Assembly (NCBI GenBank): GCA_964524735.1 | Contig: CAZGCV010000004.1 | Coordinates: 1 to 45,653, forward strand | Source of the DNA: an uncultured Candidatus Saccharibacteria bacterium | Lineage (GTDB): Bacteria > Patescibacteriota > Doudnabacteria > UBA920 | Length of the DNA stretch: 45,653 bases | Direction of reading: 5' to 3' | Shown: positions 1 through 8,104 of the stretch, in pieces | How the letters are laid out: every line of letters begins with the position of its first letter | Position numbering within the stretch: position 1 is the stretch's first letter | Translations under genes and position numbers: made by a program | Notes under the pieces: model-generated | Databases searched by the model: none | What the model saw: only the letters and a program-made list of their open reading frames with translations | Told to the model about the DNA's origin: nothing

Positions 1-1
1 G

Positions 2-1063
2 AGCAGTGGTTTAGGAGAGCGCTTAAGTTGGATGGGAATATTATACCCTTTAAAAAATATTTATAATCCAGAAACTGATCTAGGAAACCTAGCTGTAAAA
101 GATATGGTGGTCAACGCTTTGACTGCAACGGATTTATTCTTTGGATTGGCGTATATGCTTCTGAGCAAATCATTTCCAGGAAAAGAGCATATTACGATCT
201 CAGAACTATCAAGAACGCAGGATCATGTACTAAGCAGATTGCAAAAGGCAGCAGAAAATCTAAAAGAGAAACTAATCTTGCTGGAGAGCAAAGTATCTTC
301 TCCAGAGCTGGTTAAAATAGCTAACCGTTTGGATGGCTTTTTCTATGAGTCTGATAATCGGGTGAAGTGGATAAATATAGATGAGCGCAATCTATCATTC
401 CATGACCAACCTATTGATATTGCACCGAGTGTAAAGAAACAGCTGGGATTGTATAAAGAAATTAAGTTCACAGATACTGTTACTAACAGTCCTTTACTTT
501 CTTACTATACCGACCGTCTTGGTTTTCATACAGAACCTACCGATTTTCCTAATGATATTAAAGTAAATAAATTATTATTAAATTGCTTTCAGAAAAAGCT
601 TTCAGAAGATGATCTTTATGAATTAATGAAAAGATCTGCTTTACCAATGATTGTTGCATTGCAAAGTCAGTCTGATATTAAGAATTTTTATAACAATCAT
701 TACCTTGAGATTAAAAAGAACGCGGCTTTGTTTGCTCAAGGTTACTCTGGAGGTGGAAATAAGATGTTTAGAAACTTTAGCATTAATGAAAATAGTGTTT
801 TGCTAGCCACAGCAGACTTCATTGCTAAACAAAATTATAGTATCTCAGCTAAAACTGTAATATTTTCTGAACTTCCAGCTGTTGATGTTGCTCATCCATA
901 CACTTTAGCTCTATTAGATTATTGGAAGAAGCAGTTTCCAGATTTAAAAATGCTTTTAGCATACTCAAAAATCACAGCTGCAATAAAAAAAATAAAATTA
1001 AACACGTCAGTTGATGTTCAAGTGTATAATTTTCCATCAAATGTAAAATTTGTGGACAAGTAA
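2..1063 (+). CDS. DinG/Rad3-like helicase C-terminal region, 5'-truncated by the window edge, motifs degenerate
   Basis: Frame is open to the left edge. Layout resembles a DinG C-terminal half (IKFTDTVTNS..YYTDRLGF like xxTSATL..yf..lG; VLLATADF..VIFSELP like vLlGt.SFWEGVD..vii.kLPF). The SAT, EGVD and motif VI Arg residues are not conserved. Confidence 0.35.
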   Translation, partial: SSGLGERLSWMGILYPLKNIYNPETDLGNLAVKDMVVNALTATDLFFGLAYMLLSKSFPGKEHITISELSRTQDHVLSRLQKAAENLKEKLILLESKVSSPELVKIANRLDGFFYESDNRVKWINIDERNLSFHDQPIDIAPSVKKQLGLYKEIKFTDTVTNSPLLSYYTDRLGFHTEPTDFPNDIKVNKLLLNCFQKKLSEDDLYELMKRSALPMIVALQSQSDIKNFYNNHYLEIKKNAALFAQGYSGGGNKMFRNFSINENSVLLATADFIAKQNYSISAKTVIFSELPAVDVAHPYTLALLDYWKKQFPDLKMLLAYSKITAAIKKIKLNTSVDVQVYNFPSNVKFVDK

Positions 1064-1065
1064 TA

Positions 1066-1094
1066 TTGACATTGTGAAAAATTTATGATAAGAT
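1066..1094 (+). promoter_or_regulatory. Sigma70-type promoter TTGACA-17 nt-TAAGAT with TGn extension
   Basis: TTGACA at 1066-1071, 17-nt spacer, TG at 1086-1087, TAAGAT at 1089-1094. It sits immediately after the upstream stop codon. Confidence 0.6.
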
Positions 1095-1100
1095 ACATTT

Positions 1101-1608
1101 GTAAGTTAATTAGTTCTTTGAAAATAAAATAAAAACACACTGCAGTTAACCAAAATAGTTAGTTGCAGAGCAAACTGAACCGAGGGGATCTGCGCTTGAG
1201 GATCTAGAGACTCATTTGAGCGTAGCTTTCCTTCTTACTTCTCGTCATAGCCTATTCTAATCTGGGCTGATTGAAAAACAAAAATAAAATGTAGGTTCTT
1301 CGCTCCTTATAAAGCGACAAAAATTTTTCCAAAACAAAAACAAAATAAAAGAACAAAAAGTTTAGGTCTTCGGACCACAAGAGAAGTTTGGAGTGCAGTT
1401 TGCAATTGATTAGAGTGTAAGCTTTATCTTTCAGCATCGTGGTTGAAAGACGCTTGAAGTTAACGAAAATGTTAGCTGCTGTTCTAGGTCTAGGTTCTCA
1501 AAGGTTGGGAACCTGCATCTAGAACGGCGACTAGCTCGAAGCTTCGGGTTAGCGCCACTACCGGCCTGTTCATTTATATAATAAGGGGCCCGAGTAGGGG
1601 CGCTTTTT
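1101..1608 (+). ncRNA. Candidate structured non-coding RNA of about 500 nt, family unassigned
   Basis: No credible ORF. Consensus promoter at 1066-1094. Helices at 1140-1168, 1190-1196/1219-1225, 1365-1376 (GGUC-UUCG-GACC), 1459-1476 and 1478-1528. Closing stem plus U-run at 1551-1608. Confidence 0.45.
1551..1608 (+). terminator. Long imperfect stem plus T-run closing the non-coding locus
   Basis: AGCGCCACUACCGGCC (1551-1566) pairs with GGGGCCCGAGUAGGGGCGCU (1585-1604), followed by TTTTT. Confidence 0.5.
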
Positions 1609-1661
1609 GATTTCATTTTGTTTTTCATGTAATCTATCTATAAGAATTAAATAAAATTAAA

Positions 1662-1967
1662 ATGTTATCACAAGAATTTATTGATGAAATGCGCAGCAAG
1701 CTCTTATCAGAACAAGAACGCCTGACTACTGATTTAAATGGTTTGTCTGAGCATACTGAACTAGGCAATGAATACGATGATCAAATTCAGGAAGTGGAAT
1801 TAGATGAAGTTAATCAGGATGTGCGTAGTCGTATTGAATCTGATTTGCTAAAAATCGAAAAGGCTTTAGCTAAGATCGAATCTGGTACTTACGGTACTGA
1901 TGATAATGGCAATGAAATTTCTGAAGAACGCTTACGTGTCATTCCTTGGGCAGATGAAGCAATATAA
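1662..1967 (+). CDS. DksA/TraR-family (YteA-like) protein lacking the Cys4 zinc finger
   Basis: The C-terminus IESGTYGTDDNGNEISEERLRVIPWA matches the DksA/TraR G-x-Y-G-x-C..C-x-x-I-x-x-x-RL-x-x-x-P-x-A pattern, with the cysteines replaced. An acidic coiled-coil N-terminus precedes it. Confidence 0.6.
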   Translation: MLSQEFIDEMRSKLLSEQERLTTDLNGLSEHTELGNEYDDQIQEVELDEVNQDVRSRIESDLLKIEKALAKIESGTYGTDDNGNEISEERLRVIPWADEAI

Positions 1968-1982
1968 TTAACTACATAGTTA

Positions 1983-2390
1983 ATGTTTTGGTTTATTGCA
2001 ACCACAATTTTAATTTTAATCGACCAACTCACAAAGTTTCTTGCAAAGAGCTTTGATTGGCCGATTTTTTTTAATGATCAATTTGCATTTAGCTTGCCGC
2101 TACCATCAGTTGCAATGTTTTTAATTTATTTTGCTGTTTTGAGCGGAATGTCTATTTATATGTTTCGAACATGGCACCGATTTAATCGCATGCAAAAATA
2201 CGCGTGGAGTTTTGTTTATGCAGGCGGCCTTTCTAATATAGGAGAACGAATCTTTACTGGTCATGTTGTTGATTTTATTCCAATTGCAAACGGTATGTTA
2301 AATGTTGCAGACTTTTTTATTTTAATAGGTTTGCTTCTGCTGCTCGCCAGTAGTAGATATCAATCTGAAGCTGAAGAATCACCGTTGTAG
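1983..2390 (+). CDS. lspA: Lipoprotein signal peptidase II
   Basis: Four TM segments. Motifs: LIDQLTK, NDQFAFS, GGLSNIGERIFTGHVVDFI and MLNVADFF (FNxAD). Confidence 0.8.
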   Translation: MFWFIATTILILIDQLTKFLAKSFDWPIFFNDQFAFSLPLPSVAMFLIYFAVLSGMSIYMFRTWHRFNRMQKYAWSFVYAGGLSNIGERIFTGHVVDFIPIANGMLNVADFFILIGLLLLLASSRYQSEAEESPL

Positions 2391-2406
2391 CTACAACGGT
2401 TTTTTA
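2381..2406 (+). terminator. Rho-independent terminator
   Basis: Perfect 10-bp palindrome ACCGTTGTAG/CTACAACGGT spanning the lspA stop codon, followed by a T-run. Confidence 0.7.
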
Positions 2407-2463
2407 TTTAAACTTTATTTTATTTTTACACTGTTTTGATTAGTAGGTTGCTAATCTGTAGAA

Positions 2464-4002
2464 ATGAAAGTTCAAAAAATTACTACAGCAACACTAACAG
2501 GTATTGATGCGGCTTTGGTAGAAGTGGAGGCAGATGTTAGCAATGGGCTGCCAGCGACAATTATTGTAGGTTTACCAGATGTTGCGGTGCAGGAAAGCCG
2601 TGAGCGCGTTCGCTTGGCTATAAAGCATTCTGGTTTAAAGTATCCTCAGATAAGGGTTTCTTTGAACTTGTCTCCTAGTTCTCTTCCTAAGTCTGGTACT
2701 CATTTTGACGTTGCAATTGCTTTGGCGATAATGATGGCTAATGAACTTAAAATTTCTCCATTAAACCAAAAAATTATTTCTGAATCTATATTTATTGGAG
2801 AATTATCATTAGACGGGGATATTAAACCTGTTGCCGGTGTTTTGGCAATGGTAGAAGCTGCTAAAAAGAAAGGGTTAAGTCGAGCTTTTGTTCCTGAGAA
2901 TAATGCAGCAATGGCTTTATTGATTCCGGAAATGGAAGTTTATCCAGTAAAAAGTTTTGCTGAACTAATTGACCATATTACAGGTGGTAGATTAATCGAA
3001 CCTTTAATTTTAGATACAAATCTTGGAGGTGTGGAGAGTAGGAATCCAGAAATAGATTTTTCTGGGATCGCAGGTCAACAACATGCTAAGCGTGCTTTGG
3101 AAATAGTGGCAGCAGGCGGACATAATATTCTTTTATCAGGCCCTCCAGGGAGTGGAAAAACTTTATTAGCCAAAGCTTTGAGCGGAATATTGCCAGAACT
3201 GTCTTATTTAGAAACTTTAGAACTTACAAAAATATATAATAGTGCTGGTTTACTGCAAAGCGGGCGAATGAAATTTAGACCTGTTCGATCACCGCACCAC
3301 ACATCATCTTCTGCTGCTCTAATTGGCGGAGGGGTTATTCCTCGCCCTGGCGAAGTTACGTTGGCTCATTACGGGGTTTTGTTTTTGGATGAATTTCCAG
3401 AATTTTCACGAAGCGTTTTAGAAGTTTTGCGCCAGCCGCTTGAAGATAATAAAGTTAATATCACACGGCTAAGGAATTCGTATGTTTTTCCTGCGTCATT
3501 TATTTTGGTGGCAGCTCAAAATCCATGTCCGTGCGGTAATTTGGGCGAGCCGAAACTAGAATGCGTTTGTTTAACGTCAAATATTGAAAGATATAGAAAG
3601 AAAATATCAGGCCCTTTGTTAGATAGAATAGATCTACATGTTAACGTTCCCCGACTGGAATACAAACAAATGTTTGCTCACAACGATGAGACTATTGAAA
3701 GCTCTGAATTAGTTCGTAAGCGGGTGAGTGCTGCTCGTAATATCCAAACTCATAGGTTTGGGAAAATTCAGACTAATAACGAAATGTCTCCTAGGGAAAT
3801 AAAAAAGTTTTGCAGGTTAAATCCTAAATGCTCTCAGCTACTAGAACAAGCCGCCAATGCTTATCAGATGTCAGGTCGGGCTATTCATAGAACAATCAAA
3901 GTCGCAAGAACAATTGCAGATTTAGCTGAGTCAGAGGAAATTATGCCAAAGCACATTGCTGAAAGCCTTCAATATAGATTGCGGGACAACAGCAGAGCAT
4001 AG
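2464..4002 (+). CDS. YifB/ComM family Mg-chelatase-like ATPase
   Basis: Lon-like N-terminal domain, Walker A GPPGSGKT, FLDEFPEF, CPCG motif, LLDRIDL and C-terminal RAIHRTIKVARTIADL. Confidence 0.9.
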   Translation: MKVQKITTATLTGIDAALVEVEADVSNGLPATIIVGLPDVAVQESRERVRLAIKHSGLKYPQIRVSLNLSPSSLPKSGTHFDVAIALAIMMANELKISPLNQKIISESIFIGELSLDGDIKPVAGVLAMVEAAKKKGLSRAFVPENNAAMALLIPEMEVYPVKSFAELIDHITGGRLIEPLILDTNLGGVESRNPEIDFSGIAGQQHAKRALEIVAAGGHNILLSGPPGSGKTLLAKALSGILPELSYLETLELTKIYNSAGLLQSGRMKFRPVRSPHHTSSSAALIGGGVIPRPGEVTLAHYGVLFLDEFPEFSRSVLEVLRQPLEDNKVNITRLRNSYVFPASFILVAAQNPCPCGNLGEPKLECVCLTSNIERYRKKISGPLLDRIDLHVNVPRLEYKQMFAHNDETIESSELVRKRVSAARNIQTHRFGKIQTNNEMSPREIKKFCRLNPKCSQLLEQAANAYQMSGRAIHRTIKVARTIADLAESEEIMPKHIAESLQYRLRDNSRA

Positions 4003-4008
4003 TATAAT
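4003..4008 (+). promoter_or_regulatory. -10 box TATAAT abutting the yifB stop, 6 nt before the galU ATG (leaderless-type)
   Basis: The sequence reads TAG|TATAAT|aaattt|ATG. Confidence 0.45.
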
Positions 4009-4014
4009 AAATTT

Positions 4015-4911
4015 ATGCAAAAAAAAGTTAGAAAAGCCATAATCCCAGTTGCTGGATTCGGAACTCGTTTCCTTCCTGCAACAAAAGCTCAGCCTAAAGA
4101 AATGCTGCCATTGGTAGATAAGCCAATTATTCAGTATGTAGTAGAAGATGCTGTTTCTGCTGGAATTGAAGATATTATTTTAGTAACTGGCTGGCACAAG
4201 CGCAACATTGAAGACCACTTTGACTATCCGTTTGAACTGGAAAAGCGTTTGGAAGAGGGTGGTAAGCATGAGCAACTAGATGAAATCAGAAAGATTGCTA
4301 ATTTGGCTAACTTTTATTATGTTCGTCAAAAGGGCCCTTTGGGTAATGCAACTCCAATTTGGAATGCACGTCATATTATCGGCGATGAACCCTTTTTGGT
4401 TTTATGGGGAGATGATGTTTTTGAGGCAAGCCCTTCACGCAGTCAGCAATTGGTTAAAGCCTACGAAGAATTAGGTGGTAGCGCAATTTTGGCTGGTATT
4501 GATACTAAGAACCCAGATGATTATAAGCGTTACGGATATGCTGCCGGAACAAGACTAGAAAATGGTGCTTTAAAAATTGATCAGATTGTAGAAAAGCCAG
4601 GCCGTCCTTTAGAAAACGATCATACTGCAGTTGTTTCAGGGCTTGTGCTTGGTCCAGAATTTTGGCCTGCAATGGAAGAAGCTCTGGAAAGATATGAACA
4701 AAAAAATACTCCAGGTGAACTCGTGTATGTAGATGCAATTAATATTCTTTTAGAAAAAGATAAAGAATGTTATGCGCTACCAATTCAAGATGGTAAGTAT
4801 TATGATTGCGGTAATAAACTCGAATATTTAAAAGCTGTAGTAGAGTTTGGATTAAAGCACGATGATATGAAAGAAGAATTTTCAGATTTCTTGAAGAAAA
4901 TTTCCAAGTAA
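4015..4911 (+). CDS. galU: UTP-glucose-1-phosphate uridylyltransferase
   Basis: N-terminus KAIIPVAGFGTRFLPATKAQPKEMLP and VEKP motif. Length is typical for GalU. Confidence 0.9.
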   Translation: MQKKVRKAIIPVAGFGTRFLPATKAQPKEMLPLVDKPIIQYVVEDAVSAGIEDIILVTGWHKRNIEDHFDYPFELEKRLEEGGKHEQLDEIRKIANLANFYYVRQKGPLGNATPIWNARHIIGDEPFLVLWGDDVFEASPSRSQQLVKAYEELGGSAILAGIDTKNPDDYKRYGYAAGTRLENGALKIDQIVEKPGRPLENDHTAVVSGLVLGPEFWPAMEEALERYEQKNTPGELVYVDAINILLEKDKECYALPIQDGKYYDCGNKLEYLKAVVEFGLKHDDMKEEFSDFLKKISK

Positions 4912-4936
4912 ATTAGAAATAAATCAAAAAATAAAA

Positions 4937-6268
4937 ATGAAAAACGAAACTTCAAAAAATAAATTCAGGAAATATTTTAAATTTAGCAGAGCAGCTGTTA
5001 TTTTAGCAGTTGCTGTTTTGCCATTGATGTCATTGAGTTGTGGTGGAGGGGGAAATACAACTGCAGGGCCTGTTACTATTAAAATTTGGAAACCTTTCAT
5101 AGATACAGATAAAATGCAGTCTATTATTACTGCGTATCAGTCACAGCATAGTAATGTAACAATTGAGTATACAAAAAAGAATATTGAAAATTATGAAGCG
5201 GACTTGTTAAATGCTCTTGCGGCTGGAACAGGACCTGACATTTTTTCTATTAATAACTCTTGGGTTCCAAGATATATGGATAAAATTACTCCGGCAACCG
5301 AAAAAGTTTATACTGTAAAAGACTATCGCGATACTTTTGTTGATGCAGCGGCAACCGATTTGATCGTAGACAGCAAAATTTATGGCGTTGCTATGTGGGT
5401 AGATTCTTTAGCTCTTTACTATAATAAAGATTTACTGGGCACTGCTGGTATTGCAACTCCGCCAAAAACCTGGACAGAACTTGCTGAAGATGTTCGCATG
5501 ATTTCTCGACAAAATTCTACTGGTTACTTTGACCGCAGTGGTGTTGCAATGGGAACGAATGCAAATGTGAACCGTGGCGTTGATATTATTTATTTATTAA
5601 TGCTTCAAGCTGGCGCAGTGCCTTGGACATTAGACGGTAGCTCACCTTCATTCGCTAACAGTGTTTCCCGTGGTGGTAACTCTACGAATCCTGGAGCAGA
5701 AGCAGTTGAGTTTTATACATCATTTTCAAATCCTTCAAGTGCTAACTATACTTGGAATGAAGACAGTGATTACTCTATAGATGCATTTGCTAATGGACGC
5801 GCTGCATATTTATATGGCTATGCTTACACTCGTGCGACTATAGACAGTAAGGCACCAAACTTAAATTATGATGTAGCACCAGCACCACAATATAATTTAA
5901 GTAATCCGACTGTTAATTATTCAAATTATTTTGCGGAAGTTGTGAGCAAGCAAAGCAAACAGGCTGCCTGGGCATGGGATTTTCTGAAGTTCGCAACTAG
6001 CAAAAGCTCTTTAGAAGGTTATTATAAATTTGATAAGCAGCCATCATCACGCCGAGATATTATTGAGCAGCAAACAAGTGATACTAAGATTGGGGTTTTC
6101 GCTCACGCAAACTTGACTGGAAAAACTTTTTATAAGGCAGATGAAGCTAAATTTGATGCGATAATCGGTGATATGATTGATAATATAGTATTAAGAGGAC
6201 AGCCAGTTGACCAGGCAGTTACTAGAGCTCAGTCGCAAGCTAGCACTTTATCTTTAATCCGCCGTTAG
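4937..6268 (+). CDS. ABC transporter extracellular solute-binding protein (family 1, sugar-type), probable lipoprotein
   Basis: Signal peptide ending LMSLSC-GGGG (lipobox-like). SBP_bac_1-like pattern (IKIWKPF.., DIFSINNSW, YGVAMWVDSLALYYNKDLL). No permease or ATPase gene is adjacent. Confidence 0.7.
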   Translation: MKNETSKNKFRKYFKFSRAAVILAVAVLPLMSLSCGGGGNTTAGPVTIKIWKPFIDTDKMQSIITAYQSQHSNVTIEYTKKNIENYEADLLNALAAGTGPDIFSINNSWVPRYMDKITPATEKVYTVKDYRDTFVDAAATDLIVDSKIYGVAMWVDSLALYYNKDLLGTAGIATPPKTWTELAEDVRMISRQNSTGYFDRSGVAMGTNANVNRGVDIIYLLMLQAGAVPWTLDGSSPSFANSVSRGGNSTNPGAEAVEFYTSFSNPSSANYTWNEDSDYSIDAFANGRAAYLYGYAYTRATIDSKAPNLNYDVAPAPQYNLSNPTVNYSNYFAEVVSKQSKQAAWAWDFLKFATSKSSLEGYYKFDKQPSSRRDIIEQQTSDTKIGVFAHANLTGKTFYKADEAKFDAIIGDMIDNIVLRGQPVDQAVTRAQSQASTLSLIRR

Positions 6269-6301
6269 TTTCTAAAATATTTAAAATTGTTATACACTTT
6301 C

Positions 6302-6325
6302 AAGCCCGCTCCAAAAGCGGGCTTT
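6302..6325 (+). terminator. Hairpin terminator after the SBP gene
   Basis: AAGCCCGCT-CCAAA-AGCGGGCTT, followed by a weak T tract. Confidence 0.55.
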
Positions 6326-6326
6326 G

Positions 6327-6335
6327 TGATATAAT
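6327..6335 (+). promoter_or_regulatory. Extended -10 promoter (TGaTATAAT) for the pilin-like array; first gene is leaderless
   Basis: TG at 6327-6328 and TATAAT at 6330-6335. The ATG at 6342 is exactly 7 nt after the -10 box. Confidence 0.5.
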
Positions 6336-6341
6336 TTTTAT

Positions 6342-6812
6342 ATGAATTCTCAATCACTTTTAGGAAAAGTTTTAGTTGGAGTAGTAGTTGCTTCTGTTTT
6401 AGCAATGGCTTTAGTACAAGTAACTCCAGCATTGGCTCAATCTGGACCAACTGCAGGTCAAGACGGCGGCTTCGTTATTTGCGGCAACAAGGCAGATGAT
6501 CCTTGTCAGATTGGTGACCTATTCGCAGTTTTTGTTATTATAATTAACTATTTAATTACAATGGCTGGGTTCGTGGCTGTGTTAGCAATTGTTTATGCTG
6601 GGTTTATGATGGTGTATTCGCAAGGCCAGGAGCAACTTAAAGCAGCTAAAGGTAGACTCACTGGTGCGATAATTGGACTGGTTTTGGTAGCTGCAGCATT
6701 TATTTTAATAAATTCAATATTTAGCGGCACATTTAGTGTGGGTGTTTGTAACGGCAATAGTATTTTAACTAGCCCGCTTGAATACATACAGAATGTTGAT
6801 TCTTGTAAATAG
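6342..6812 (+). CDS. VirB2/TrbC-like (T4SS-pilin-type) small membrane protein, paralog A (divergent, Cys-containing C-terminal tail)
   Basis: Signal peptide (..TPALA-QS), short Cys-pair N-domain, then two hydrophobic helices joined by YSQGQEQLKAAKGRLTGAIIGL. Same module as ORFs B-G. Confidence 0.6.
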   Translation: MNSQSLLGKVLVGVVVASVLAMALVQVTPALAQSGPTAGQDGGFVICGNKADDPCQIGDLFAVFVIIINYLITMAGFVAVLAIVYAGFMMVYSQGQEQLKAAKGRLTGAIIGLVLVAAAFILINSIFSGTFSVGVCNGNSILTSPLEYIQNVDSCK

Positions 6813-6815
6813 AAT

Positions 6816-7175
6816 ATGAACACAATAATCGCACAACGAAATACTAATACAGCAAATACTGGCGGAGTAAACCGAAATACGGGTAATTCCAACACTACTC
6901 AAACTGCTGTTCCAGCTATAAAAAACCCTTTCGGAACCAACTCCTTGGGTGGTGTGGTAAACCAGGGGATTAACATTTTGCTAGGATTAATAGTAATCGC
7001 AGCTGTTGTTGTAATTATTGTTGCTGGGTTTAGAATGATAACCGGCGGCGGAAATCCAGATCAGATTTCAAAGGCTAAGCAGACAATAATTTGGGCAATT
7101 ATTGGATTGGTTGTTGCATTTATGTCTTTTGCAATTGTGCAAATTATTCAAAATTTTCTACAGAGAGGTAATTAG
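6816..7175 (+). CDS. VirB2/TrbC-like pilin paralog B (no N-terminal signal peptide; N/T-rich leader)
   Basis: C-module AGFRMITGGGNPDQISKAKQTIIWAIIGLVVAFMSFAIVQII. Closest to paralog C. Confidence 0.6.
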   Translation: MNTIIAQRNTNTANTGGVNRNTGNSNTTQTAVPAIKNPFGTNSLGGVVNQGINILLGLIVIAAVVVIIVAGFRMITGGGNPDQISKAKQTIIWAIIGLVVAFMSFAIVQIIQNFLQRGN

Positions 7176-7176
7176 T

Positions 7177-8091
7177 ATGACTCATTATTCATTTAAACTT
7201 TTTATCGTCATTTTATTATTAAGTCCTTTGGTATTTAGCTTTTCTATTGTTAATGCTGAGGTTCCTGCTGAATATCAGAATTGCCAACCTATAGTTACAA
7301 ACTTTACTGTCAGTCCTACAAGTTTAGTGAGAAGAGAACAAGAAATAAGAACAACAACGAGAGTTGAGACAGTGGGATGTATAATAAGAGGCGATGTGTT
7401 AGGGGGTTCAAAATGGGCTGTGCGAATAGAATTTGTAAATGATAATGGTAGTTATTACGGAGATAACTCAGGTTATACTGTGCCGACGGAATATATAAGA
7501 GGATCTCAATTCGCGCGTATTAGTAATAATACTGCTAGCCCAGATTATAATAAATATTTTGCTACTTATAATGTATCGGTTCCTTCTCCTTTTGTTGGGC
7601 GTAGTGGTAATTCTGTAACTTTGAGGCCGAATGTGTATTGGGATTATGGTAGTGCAGCTAGTACTAGAGTAATTGATAATATTTCGCTTCAGAAAAAAAT
7701 AACAACTTCTCAAAATAACAACACCAATATTAATTCTAATACTACAAACGCAAACACTAGAGCAAATGTAAACACTCAAACCGGCGCAAACTTCAACATG
7801 GATTTAGATTCATCTCAAGGATCATTCTTTAATCCATTAGCAGGAAGTGTAAATAGTGTCCCTCAGTTAATCACTTCAATAATCCGAATATTATTTGTGT
7901 TAATTGGTATTTTATCAGTTGTGATAATCATTGTTTCTGGCTTCCGCATGGTTATATCTAGCGGTAATCAGGATCAAATCACAAAAGCAAAGAAAGCAAT
8001 TACATGGGCGATTATTGGTTTAATAGTTTCCTTGCTATCATTTAGCATTGTTTCAATAATCCAAAGATTAATTCAAGTCGGAGCAAATTAG
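7177..8091 (+). CDS. Pilin-like paralog C with a roughly 200-aa N-terminal globular domain and an N/T-rich linker
   Basis: Start chosen at MTHYSFKLF (signal peptide ..IVNA-EV), 2 nt after the stop of B. C-module is SGFRMVISSGNQDQITKAKKAITWAIIGLIVSLLSFSIVSII. Confidence 0.6.
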   Translation: MTHYSFKLFIVILLLSPLVFSFSIVNAEVPAEYQNCQPIVTNFTVSPTSLVRREQEIRTTTRVETVGCIIRGDVLGGSKWAVRIEFVNDNGSYYGDNSGYTVPTEYIRGSQFARISNNTASPDYNKYFATYNVSVPSPFVGRSGNSVTLRPNVYWDYGSAASTRVIDNISLQKKITTSQNNNTNINSNTTNANTRANVNTQTGANFNMDLDSSQGSFFNPLAGSVNSVPQLITSIIRILFVLIGILSVVIIIVSGFRMVISSGNQDQITKAKKAITWAIIGLIVSLLSFSIVSIIQRLIQVGAN

Positions 8092-8097
8092 TATAAT
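8092..8097 (+). promoter_or_regulatory. -10 box TATAAT abutting the stop of paralog C, 7 nt before the paralog D ATG
   Basis: The sequence reads TAG|TATAAT|tcacact|ATG, the same architecture as at galU. Confidence 0.4.
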
Positions 8098-8104
8098 TCA
8101 CACT

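Noticed and set aside
1101-1608. Identity of the structured locus as tmRNA, RNase P RNA, SRP RNA or 6S RNA
   Set aside because: There is no tRNA-like 3' domain or CCA end and no plausible ..LAA tag frame (tmRNA). There is no GAGGAAAGUCC or GGGUGAAAGGGUG core (RNase P) and no GGAAGCAGCC domain IV (SRP). It is far longer than 6S RNA. This was checked on both strands by eye only, and a covariance-model scan is still needed.
1252-1628. Two minus-strand ORFs (61 and 65 aa) inside the 1064-1661 gap
   Set aside because: They have junk-like composition (runs of F/L/K from A/T tracts), no start context and no promoter on that strand. They overlap the hairpins and terminator of the plus-strand structured locus.
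7102-7176. N-terminal extensions proposed by the ORF track (7102, 21393, 25191, 25980, 28516)
   Set aside because: Each extension overlaps an upstream gene, promoter or terminator hairpin. Each also precedes an internal Met that begins a signal peptide or the conserved N-terminus (7177, 21429, 25215, 26010, 28471).
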